From Devosia sp. (GTDB taxonomy: Bacteria; Pseudomonadota; Alphaproteobacteria; Rhizobiales; Devosiaceae), in the NCBI GenBank assembly GCA_044224395.1, contig JBGAKM010000014.1:3095-67094 (forward strand): DNA of 64,000 nt, written 5' to 3'. Shown piece after piece: positions 30,503-39,556 of this stretch (positions are counted from its first letter, which is position 1; every line of letters starts with the position of its first letter). The notes beneath the pieces were generated by a model that did not search any database, was not told the origin of the DNA, and was given only the letters and a program-made list of their open reading frames with translations. A program made the translations under genes and the position numbers.

Positions 30503-31620
30503 ATGGTCGAAGTGACGAGTGTTGCCTCTCAGACAGCGGTTGCCGCTCCAGGCAGCAAGATTCACAGCCTGCAATGGTTGCGGTTCGGTGCAGCGTTGAT
30601 GGTGGCCCTATACCATGCATCTGCTTACCAGCGGATCATGCTGGGTAACGCATGGGCGGACGCCATCGTGCCTGGGTGGTTTGGGCCGGTCGGGGTGGGG
30701 TTGTTCTTTGCCCTGTCCGGCCACTTGATGGCTTCCGCGATGATGAGGGCTGATGCTCCCCATTTCATTCTCCATAGGATCGCTCGCATCTATCCCGCAT
30801 TCTTTGGAACGACGGTGATTTTTGCCCTTCTTGGGCAATTTACACCTATCAAGCTGCCGCTTGATATCAGGGCCCTATCGCTCCTCCCGTGGGGCGGCAG
30901 CGCCTATCCCCTCGGTGTTGAATGGACGTTGATATTTGAAATTTCATTCTATGTCTTTGTCTTCTCGTTGATATTGCTTTGTCGGCAGAAGCAGGCGGCT
31001 TCCATCCTCGTAGGGTGGCTAGGTATCATTTTCTACACAATATCCTCTGGCCGGACGATCCGACTGCCAATGTCTATTCGCCGCTGGCTCTTCCTTTCGT
31101 CGGCGTTAACGTTGCGTTTGCAGCGGGGATGCTCCTGCCGCTCGTGACCAGAATTTCGCCGCACCCGGTCGTAGCTGCTATCCTCGGGGGAGGCATGTTC
31201 CTCTACGGTGCCACGGTCAGTATCACGTTCGTCCGGTGGGGAATTGGGTTCGGCTCGGCCCTCGTCGTTTTGTCCTTGGCAAGGTTTCCCGGTTGGCCAA
31301 CTCTCTTCGGGCCAACCTGGCTCGGGCGTCTTGGAAATCGCTTGGGAGACTACAGTTACGCGCTTTATTTGTGCCACGTGCCGATAATCAGAACGATCTA
31401 CGCAAGCTTCCCAGATGCCAACTCAAGAATGTTGTTTGCTGCCTCTGTAGTGGTCGCCCTCTTTATCTGTGTGCCCATCGGCATTGCCGACACGGCTGCA
31501 TATCGATGGGTGAAGAGGAGAATAGACGCGAGCAGTGGCTATGCGGTCGTTGTACCAGCCACGATCTTCATCGCTGTTTTTGTCGCAGCGGTAATCTATC
31601 ACACGCTGCCAATCTCATGA
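30503..31620 (+). pseudogene. Acyltransferase-3 (OafA/YrhL-like), split by a 1-nt frameshift near 31030
   Basis: First ORF has SLQWLRFGAALMVALYH, GVGLFFALSG, RIARIYP and WTLIFEISFY; second has LGDYSYALYLCH. One extra T in the T4 run at 31029-31032 joins them. Could be a sequencing error. Confidence 0.8.
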
Positions 31621-31793
31621 TGATACGGCGTTGTGTTGTCCACGTGGCCTTGCCAATCGCTAGCTGGTTGAATTCTTGTTTCTAGATCTTGGTCGCGCAA
31701 CCAAGAGGCCACTATTGTCTTAAGAGGTCCAGTTGTCTCACCCTGAAATGCAGATGCCGAAGTCGGGCGTTCGCACTGCCTTGCTCGTTGGGT

Positions 31794-32393
31794 TTATCTT
31801 GGCTGTTGCCTACTCGGTCGGGCGCCCCGTATCGGCTTCAGCTGAAGCTTGGCGCTGGCGATGACACCGGTGAGGCCCAGCCCCCCAATCGTCGCGTTGA
31901 AACGCCCTGTATTGTCGCCCGAGTCGAGCGCCTCGACGCTGCCGTCAGTACGCAAGAGTTCGAACCCCCGCACCCATCGACCGAACGTTCCGGCCGTGTG
32001 GTGGTTCTTGCCGTGCACATCGTTGGCGATCGCCCCGCCGAGTGTGACGAACTGCGTGCCCGGAGTTACCGGCAGGAACCAACCTCGGGGGACGGCAAAA
32101 TCGAGAATCTGCTTGAGCGAGATGCCTGCCTCAGCTTCGAGGAGGCCAGTCTGGGTGTCGAACGCAATCAACCGGTCGAGCCCGGACATGACGATAAGTC
32201 CGCCGCCGCCGTTGAGCCCACTGTCGCCGTACGAACGTCCGAGGCCAACCGGTAGAAGCGACAGTCGCGGTTCCGCCGCATTAACAAAAAGCGGCCTAAG
32301 TTCGTCGCGAAATGTCGGCCGAGCCACATTGTGAGCGAGTCGGTGAACGCGTCCCCAAGAAACGATCGAACTATCGGGGCGGAATCGGTTCAA
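31794..32393 (-). pseudogene. Truncated DprE1-like FAD-binding oxidoreductase (N-terminal ~200 aa only)
   Basis: SWGR, GLGRSYGD, VTPGTQFVTLGGAIANDVHGKNHH, TIGGLGLTG; homology ends at KLQLKPI. Full-length members are about twice as long. Confidence 0.8.
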
Positions 32394-33765
32394 ATCGCGA
32401 TCAGGAACAGCACGCCAATGACAAGGGCGATCAGTTGGCTGGAGCGGTCGCGCAGCGCAAAGTCGACGGGGTCGTCGTTCATTTGCCCTCGATGTGTGAG
32501 CAGCCAGACGCGCCCAATCCAGATCGCAATAAAGAGTCCGATGGCCCACAGGAACTCTGGCCGCGCGTAGCCGACGACGCGGAACGCCTCGTCTACCAGA
32601 TAGAGAACGAGGATGACCAAAGACGCAAGGCCGGACGTCACGCCCATGTTGAGCGTTAGGGGCCAGTCCTCTGCTCGATAGCCGCGCGAAGCCAGGCTAT
32701 CGCCACCAACTCCGCGTGCCCGCATGACCTCAGTGTGCCGTTTGGCCATCGAGAGTGAGAAGAAGAACATCGAAAAGGTCAACAGCCAGATCGGCAGCGG
32801 CGAGCCGATGAAAGCCGAACCCATGATGATCCGCGTTGTGAACAGGACACCGATGATGAACGTATCGAGCAATGGGATACGCTTCAGTCCGAACGAGTAG
32901 GCGAACGTGAGGACCAAATAGGCCAAAAGTGCCGCCCCGAAGGCAGCGTTGAGCCAGAATGCAAGCGCAAGGCCTATCGGGATGACGACGGCTGGGAACG
33001 CGACAGCTTGGCTCAGCGGAAGTGCCCCGCTAGCGATTGGCCGGTGGCGCTTCGTAGCATGGAGACGGTCGGCGTCGATGTCCGCCAGATCGTTGACCAA
33101 ATAGCTTGATGAGGTAACTGCCAGGCTAACAGGAGCGGCACAAAGATAAGCACGTTCTTGGACCAATGATGGACGCGCAGCGCCCTGGTCCAATCCAGAA
33201 CGGGATTCTTGCGACTTGTGGTTTGCGAACGAAGTTCGGCGATGATGGGCCTTCCTATCGCCCTAGCTGCTCTGTCAACGCGCGGGCTGGCTCCTACGAG
33301 AACTATTCCATCAGCTTGCGCCCAGACTTCAAGGTCAGCAACATGATCTCCTGCATAGATGAAGCCTTGGGGGAAGCGCCGCGCGAGCGCGTCGGCCTTG
33401 GCTCGCCCCTTAAGATTTGTTGGGCCGACTGTGGCGATTACTTCATCGAAGATACCAATATGCTTCGCGAGGGAGTTCGCCACCCGAGCATCCGCTGCGC
33501 TGCAAAGGACAAGATACGCTCCCCGTGACTTCTCCTTGACAAGGAAGTCGAGAACTTCTTCGCAGGCGTGTAGCGTGGCCGGGTTTAACTCTATATGGTC
33601 GGCAAGGAAAACCTTAGTGGCGACTTTACCGCGCAGCAGGGCTCGAAGTAGACTGGCCAGCAGGACTGGTTCTTGAAATATGAGGCGAACGATTTGCTCG
33701 TGGAGGGTATCGCTGCGCACCAGAGTCTGGTCAAGATCGACGACTACAACGCGCCGGCCGCTCAT
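32390..33765 (-). pseudogene. HAD-like + UbiA prenyltransferase (DPPR synthase type), frameshifted near 33120
   Basis: First frame: VVDLDQTL, YAGDHVADL, ALRVHHWSKNVLIFVP. Second frame: YLVNDLADIDADRLHATKRHRPIASG, AYSFGLKR, AKR, MNDDPV. Confidence 0.82.
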
Positions 33766-33949
33766 TTCCGTATCTTCTGTAATGATGGTAGACAATCAGA
33801 GTTCCTAGCCGAAAAGCCGTAAACCTCAACCGCGTCAATCTACACACAATGATTATTATTGACCATCATAGCGTCCGATGCATTTGCACATTGCGCGTCA
33901 CGCTTCGAAACGCCTTCGATACGGTGGAGCTAGCGCCGGACACTGCTCG

Positions 33950-34843
33950 GTGACCAGTGACAAGCTGTCCGCGGTAAGCGGCATCTATCAACCAATCTGG
34001 AAGTTCAACCAGCGCTTAACCGAGCCGAGTTTCCTCTCGTTTCCAGTGACCGGCGACAGGCACGCCGTCTGGCGTGAACTCTGGGCACTATGTGAAATGT
34101 ACCGACAAGGAGTGCATTTGAGGCATGCGTTCACTGGCCTTCTATCTCCGCGCTTTGGCGAGAAGACCGGACTTCGAGGCTCGGATGTGATCGCGTACCT
34201 TGAGGCACATTGCGACAGCCAAGTGTGCTTCTTTAGTCCCGTGCCTCAGCTACCCTACATTTACTTTAATCTCTGGGACCATGGGGAGCACAATCACCCG
34301 GGTATCGTCCGGCGAGCCGATCAACTTTTGTCAGCGTCTGGGGTTGGACTAACAATCGACCTCCGGCGTCGGCACGGCCCGTCCGTATCATGCTACTCGA
34401 ATTACTGGGTCGGAACGGCAGCCTTTTGGGAGGCATACGTCGGTGGTGTTTTGGTTCCCATCGCCACGTTCCTAGAGCAACATCCAGATCATCCCGCCGC
34501 CTGCGCCGTGATGGATGAGGCCGAGTATGAAGTGCCGGCAGCCTACCTGCCATTCATTATCGAACGACTTTTTACGACGTTCCTTGACCAACACTCTGAG
34601 ATTCCGAGGGTCGCCTGGCTTCGAGATCCAGTTGCGGCAAGCCTTCACGAGGTGCAAAGAGAAATAGTCATTCGACTCCGCGATGAGGTAGACGCGGCCG
34701 ATACTCTCGAGCATTTCCCCTTAGAACTACGTTCTCGAATGAGCCTCCTGGCCCGTCTCGTGACGCTCTACGAGATACAGTACTATGCTCGCAATCCGCG
34801 CCCCTTCGAGGGAAGGATATTGCCATTCAAGAGAATGTCATAG
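33950..34843 (+). CDS. Uncharacterised protein, paralogue 6 of six
   Basis: IYQPIW, WRE, GLLSPRFGEKTG, NLW, HPG, NYWVG, FWEAYVGG, YLPFIIERLF. Start uncertain. Confidence 0.85.
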   Translation: MTSDKLSAVSGIYQPIWKFNQRLTEPSFLSFPVTGDRHAVWRELWALCEMYRQGVHLRHAFTGLLSPRFGEKTGLRGSDVIAYLEAHCDSQVCFFSPVPQLPYIYFNLWDHGEHNHPGIVRRADQLLSASGVGLTIDLRRRHGPSVSCYSNYWVGTAAFWEAYVGGVLVPIATFLEQHPDHPAACAVMDEAEYEVPAAYLPFIIERLFTTFLDQHSEIPRVAWLRDPVAASLHEVQREIVIRLRDEVDAADTLEHFPLELRSRMSLLARLVTLYEIQYYARNPRPFEGRILPFKRMS

Positions 34844-35786
34844 GGTCAACGCCGTGATCTTGGTCACGATAGCGCCGGCCTTCCCGCTTTCCAAACTGAA
34901 CGTAATGCATGGCCGCATCCATCCCCGATTTCGCGACGTCCTCGTGTAGTCTCAGATACACGGCCGGGTCAAAGTCGCTCGGCACGTGCGAACTGCTAGC
35001 CATCTTTGGAGCCGGGATCTCCTGCAGCAGGTCGCCATAGGCATCAAAGTCCTCGCGGTAAAGTCGACGTACCATGGCGCGAGCGTCCGCCGAGAGGAAC
35101 GCGGGATAGTCGGGCCAACTTCTTGTTGCTTGCTCCGAGGTAAGTTGCATGGCGCTAGCGTCACCATCTACTTGGACACGCCAAGCCCGATGAGTCTGCA
35201 CTACGTTTCCGAGAGGCTCGATCAAATGTCGCTCGGGAACGGCGATGCCTTTCCTCGCAGCGAAGTCATCGAGGGCTTGGTAAAGCTCAGTCGCATCCGC
35301 GTTCACACGCAGAGAAACAGGGACGCGGCGCTCAATTACTTGAAACTGGATACGATAGTGATCGTCACACGTGCGCGCGGCCAAGTTCTGAGTCGAAAGA
35401 TATTCTAGATACTCAAGAAAGCTGAAGCCATGATGTCTGTCGACAGCTCGTCCGAGGAATGCCGGCAGTCCATTGATGTAGTTGTATCGGACGGCATGAC
35501 GATAGCCGCTAACGGCGCGGAGATAGGGGTCGCGTATAACGCGAATCCACCACCGTGCCTTTTCCGGGCGGCCCGGATGTGTTTTCGCAGCCGTGTCGAG
35601 TTTCTGCTCAAGATACTCGTGTGGCCATGGGTTGAAGGCCATCGCCTTTGCCAGGAGTCCCTGCGCTGCGAAATGCCAAAGAAGAACGGCCGCGCTTGCC
35701 GACTTAGCCGACCATATTATTCCATACTGTCGTCCCAGGAGCGCAGGACGAAAATCCCTTACTCGACGAACGGGCTCACGGACCAT
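34827..35786 (-). CDS. Sulfotransferase family 2-like protein with C-terminal DV-HY-G-EGR repeat
   Basis: WSAKSASA (5'-PSB-like), IRDPYLRAVSGY (3'-PB-like), DDHYRIQ, LYREDFDAYG; tail FDPAVYLRLHEDVAKSGMDAAMHYVQFGKREGR. Confidence 0.72.
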   Translation of the reverse strand: MVREPVRRVRDFRPALLGRQYGIIWSAKSASAAVLLWHFAAQGLLAKAMAFNPWPHEYLEQKLDTAAKTHPGRPEKARWWIRVIRDPYLRAVSGYRHAVRYNYINGLPAFLGRAVDRHHGFSFLEYLEYLSTQNLAARTCDDHYRIQFQVIERRVPVSLRVNADATELYQALDDFAARKGIAVPERHLIEPLGNVVQTHRAWRVQVDGDASAMQLTSEQATRSWPDYPAFLSADARAMVRRLYREDFDAYGDLLQEIPAPKMASSSHVPSDFDPAVYLRLHEDVAKSGMDAAMHYVQFGKREGRRYRDQDHGVDPMTFS

Positions 35787-36518
35787 AGTCGTCCTCTCTC
35801 TCGGCGCCGACTTAGAAACCTAGGAAGGAGGGTACGGATGGTGCGCCTGAATAGGTAAACTCGCCGCGATTCACAAGAAATCGAAGAGACAGGATGTCGC
35901 AACTAGGCTGCAGGTCTTTGCCAAGGGCGGTCCAAGGCAAGAGCCTCTCAAGGCAGGTACGTGTGACTCACCCGTCTTCGCTAATGCTCTGTCCCTCGAA
36001 CATGCCCAAAGCCGTGATTGTAGGGACTGACGGGCCGTCGCCAATAAATAGAACGATAATCGTCGATCTGGCTGTATTCGAGTTCGTGCCATTAGGTTGG
36101 CGATCTGCCCTAGCAGCAGCGGAGTGGTGTTCGTGGGTCTGAGGCAGCGACTGTCCCCAAATTGGTTGGGCGCGGTGAGCGCAGTCGTTGAGATGGGATT
36201 CGTTATGGCGCGCTAGCTTTGCTTCCCTATGCTTTTCACTTAGGTTGTTGGGGCGCCTGCGGACGAGCAAGAGTTGCGGACACGGGAGGTAGACGAGCCG
36301 CGGTGGGCTGGTCTTACGCCGAGCGACTGGGCACGATCAAAGCTATGCCGATTTTGGCGGAAAGCGCCAAAATCGATCTTGTCAGATCGGTGCTGATTTG
36401 GCCTCCCCCATCTTGCCTCACTTGCGTCCTCCTTGGCGATTGCGAAGCGACGCAATCCTGCTCATTCTATTCTTGCGGCACGCAAAGGCGCCGACATGAC
36501 CGCCGCTGGAGACTCCGT

Positions 36519-38840
36519 ATGCACGACGCGCCGCTGCTCACGACGATTGCGGTGGGCCTGCTACTGGCGTTTGTGCTTGGAGCCGCCGCTAATCGGCTGC
36601 GACTTCCCCCGCTCGTTGGCTATCTCATCGCCGGAGTTGTAGTCGGACCATTCACTCCAGGTTTCGTCGCCAATGCCGAACTCGCCAATGAGCTCAGCGA
36701 GATTGGCGTTATTCTCCTCATGTTCGGCGTGGGACTGCACTTCAGTCTCAAGGATTTGCTGTCGGTGCAGGCCGTGGCTGTGCCTGGTGCGCTCCTCCGC
36801 ATCGCAGGTGGGACGGCGTTGGGCATGGCGATGGGGCTTTTGCTTGGGTGGCCGTTGGGTGGGGGGCTGATCTTTGGTCTAGCCCTGTCGGTGGCGTCCA
36901 CCGTGGTGCTGCTCAAGGCGTTGCAGGATCGGCATATGCTTGATTCCGACCGCGGGCGGATCGCGATTGGCTGGGTGATCGTCGAGGATATTGCGATGGT
37001 GCTGGCGCTGGTGCTGATCCCAGCGTTGGCCGGGCTGCTCGGGGGCACGGCGGCGGAGCTTGATGATCCGTTCGTTAATTTGTTCGAGCGGTTCTCGGGC
37101 ATTGAGCTCGAGCTCTGGGGCGTCGTCGCGATCACGGTGGTGAAGCTGCTGGCGTTTGTCGGCTTCATGCTGGTGGTGGGGCGTCGCGTGATCCCGTGGG
37201 TGCTGCACCAGACGGCGCATACGGGTAGCCGCGAACTGTTCCGGCTGGCGGTGCTGGCGATCGCGCTCGGTGTGGCGGCGGGCGCGTCTTACCTGTTTGG
37301 CGTGAGCCTCGCACTTGGGGCGTTCTTTGCCGGTATGATCCTCAGCGAATCCGAGCTTTCCAACCGCGCGGCGCAGGAGAGCTTGCCGTTTCGCGATGCG
37401 TTTGCGGTGCTGTTCTTCGTATCCGTGGGGATGCTGTTTAACCCTGAGATTTTGTGGACGCGGCCGTGGGAGGTTTTGGGGACGCTGGCCATTATTCTCG
37501 TCGGTAAGACGGTGCTGGGATATTACCTCATCATCGCGCTGAGACGGCCGGCTTCGGTGGCGCTGACGGTGTCGGCGAGCCTCGCGCAGATCGGCGAATT
37601 CTCTTTTATTCTTGCGGCTTTAGGGCTGAGCCTGGGGCTGCTGCCGCCCGAGGGGCAGAGCCTGATTGTGGCCGGTGCGATCATCTCGATCATCGTCAAT
37701 CCGGTGCTGATTTTCGTGGCTGAGCGGATGCGGGCGCGGGTGGAAAATCGGGGGGTGGTGAACCAGAAGATCGTCGTGCCGGAGCGGGTGGAGCCGTCGA
37801 TGACTCCATCGGCCAAGTCAGCCGAGCCGGAGATTCATGACGACCGTACGCCGACGGCGCTGACCGGACACACTGTCCTCATCGGCTATGGCCGGGTCGG
37901 CACGGTGGTGGCAGAGGGGCTCAAGCGGCAGGGGACGCCGTTTGTGCTGATCGAGGATTCCGAGAAGCGGCTGGCGGCGGCGCATGCGGCGGGCATCGAG
38001 GTGGTGGTGGGTAATGCCGCGACGTCGCGCTCGCTGGCGCTGGCCAATATCGAGAAGGCGGCGACGCTGATCGTCGCCATCCCCAATGCATTCGAGGCGG
38101 GGCAGGCGGTCGAGCAATCGCGCAAGCTCAATGCCGGTCTCTTGATCGTGGCGCGCGCGCATTCGGACGAAGAGGTCGGCTACCTGCGCGATCTGGGCGC
38201 CAATGAAGTGATCATGGGCGAGCGCGAGATCGGGCTCGGCATGCTGGGCTGGACCAATGGCGACAATGCCCGCGAGCTGGCGGCCGAACGGACGCAGGCG
38301 GGCATGGAGGCCGTGGCCGCGGCGCTGAAGCTCGACGATCTGCCGCCGCGACCGGCCGCCGTGCCGCGACCGCCACGCGCGCCCGAACCCCCGCCGCCGG
38401 CGATTCCGGTCGACGAGCTGGAGGCGGCCATCGAAGCCGCGCACCCCGAGCACGCCCCCGAGGGTCCGGCCGAGCCGCCCGAGATGGTGCAGGCCTATGG
38501 CGAGATGCCCATCGAAGTCGACGAAGACGACGAGCCGGCCGCCCTTGTCGTCAGCGGCGATATGGGGCCGCACGAGCCGATCGTCGAAGCGCCGGTGAGC
38601 TTTTTTGTCCCTGAGCCCAAAATGATCGAGGCGCAGGAGCCGACCTCTGAACCCGAGCCGGCGTTTGAACCCGCGGGTGAACCGCCGCCACACGAGGAAG
38701 AGCTCGACTATATCGACGTCGAACTCGACCCTATCGAGCCTGAGCCTGCATCGGAGCCACCGCGGGCGCCTAAGGCCGGAGGCCCATCCAGTGCGCCGGG
38801 CGTGCCGTACAAGCCGGAGCGGGAACCGGTGGTCGAGTAG
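36519..38840 (+). CDS. ybaL: CPA2 cation:proton antiporter (YbaL/RosB-like) with RCK domain and long Pro/Glu tail
   Basis: PPLVGYLIAG, EIGVILLMFGVGLHFS, SVASTVV, AQIGEFSF, IGYGRVG, IVARAH. Confidence 0.88.
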   Translation: MHDAPLLTTIAVGLLLAFVLGAAANRLRLPPLVGYLIAGVVVGPFTPGFVANAELANELSEIGVILLMFGVGLHFSLKDLLSVQAVAVPGALLRIAGGTALGMAMGLLLGWPLGGGLIFGLALSVASTVVLLKALQDRHMLDSDRGRIAIGWVIVEDIAMVLALVLIPALAGLLGGTAAELDDPFVNLFERFSGIELELWGVVAITVVKLLAFVGFMLVVGRRVIPWVLHQTAHTGSRELFRLAVLAIALGVAAGASYLFGVSLALGAFFAGMILSESELSNRAAQESLPFRDAFAVLFFVSVGMLFNPEILWTRPWEVLGTLAIILVGKTVLGYYLIIALRRPASVALTVSASLAQIGEFSFILAALGLSLGLLPPEGQSLIVAGAIISIIVNPVLIFVAERMRARVENRGVVNQKIVVPERVEPSMTPSAKSAEPEIHDDRTPTALTGHTVLIGYGRVGTVVAEGLKRQGTPFVLIEDSEKRLAAAHAAGIEVVVGNAATSRSLALANIEKAATLIVAIPNAFEAGQAVEQSRKLNAGLLIVARAHSDEEVGYLRDLGANEVIMGEREIGLGMLGWTNGDNARELAAERTQAGMEAVAAALKLDDLPPRPAAVPRPPRAPEPPPPAIPVDELEAAIEAAHPEHAPEGPAEPPEMVQAYGEMPIEVDEDDEPAALVVSGDMGPHEPIVEAPVSFFVPEPKMIEAQEPTSEPEPAFEPAGEPPPHEEELDYIDVELDPIEPEPASEPPRAPKAGGPSSAPGVPYKPEREPVVE

Positions 38841-38902
38841 GCGATCGGCCTCGCATCGGCGTTCGAATGCGCTATATCTCGGGCGAACCGATCTAGTTTC
38901 CG

Positions 38903-39340
38903 ATGATCTCGCAAAAAGCCAAATACGCCCTGCGGGCTCTGGTCGCGCTGTGCAAAGCGCCGCCGGAGTCGTCGCTGATGATCTCCGAGATCAGCAAGGC
39001 GCAGGCTATCCCCAAGAAGTTCCTCGAGCAGATACTGCTCGAGCTGAAGCGCGCCGGGATCGTGATGAGCCGCCGCGGGCGGCTGGGCGGGTATGTGCTG
39101 TTGCGGCCCGCCGACAAGCTGACCTTCGGCGAGGTGCTGCGGCTGATCGATGGCCCGATCGCGCCGCTACCCTGCCTGTCGAAGATCGCGTACCGGCGCT
39201 GCGCGGACTGCCAGGACGAGGCCAGCTGCGAGATCCGGCATGTGTTCGCGCATGTGGTGAAGGCGCAGCGCGAGGTGCTGGACCATACGACATTCGCGGA
39301 TGCGGTTTCCGCGGGACGGATACCGGAAGCGGTGCTGTAG
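38903..39340 (+). CDS. Rrf2 family transcriptional regulator
   Basis: KAKYALRAL, IPKKFLEQIL, SRRGRLGGY; Cys cluster PCLS..RCADC...C. Confidence 0.93.
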   Translation: MISQKAKYALRALVALCKAPPESSLMISEISKAQAIPKKFLEQILLELKRAGIVMSRRGRLGGYVLLRPADKLTFGEVLRLIDGPIAPLPCLSKIAYRRCADCQDEASCEIRHVFAHVVKAQREVLDHTTFADAVSAGRIPEAVL

Positions 39341-39556
39341 GGGCTAGAGCCAGATTACGCTGCTCTGGGCTAGGCCGCTATTGTAGCAACTCATTTCCGC
39401 CAAGCGCCCGTTCGCGAAACAAACCGCACGGAAATTTGCTTGGGTGTTGGGCGGTTGAGAAACCTTTTCTCCGTGCTCCGAGTTCTGCAAACTGTGGTTG
39501 CCTTGAGAATAACGACTAAGTCGGTAGAGTTACGTCCATTACCTTGGAGGTTCTCG

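Noticed and set aside
31029-31032. Phase variation of the acyltransferase
   Set aside because: A run of 4-5 T is too short for a typical contingency tract.
35790-36518. Short ORFs and the 100-aa N-terminal extension of the antiporter ORF
   Set aside because: No recognisable motifs; antiporter homology starts at ATG 36519, which has a GGAG RBS.
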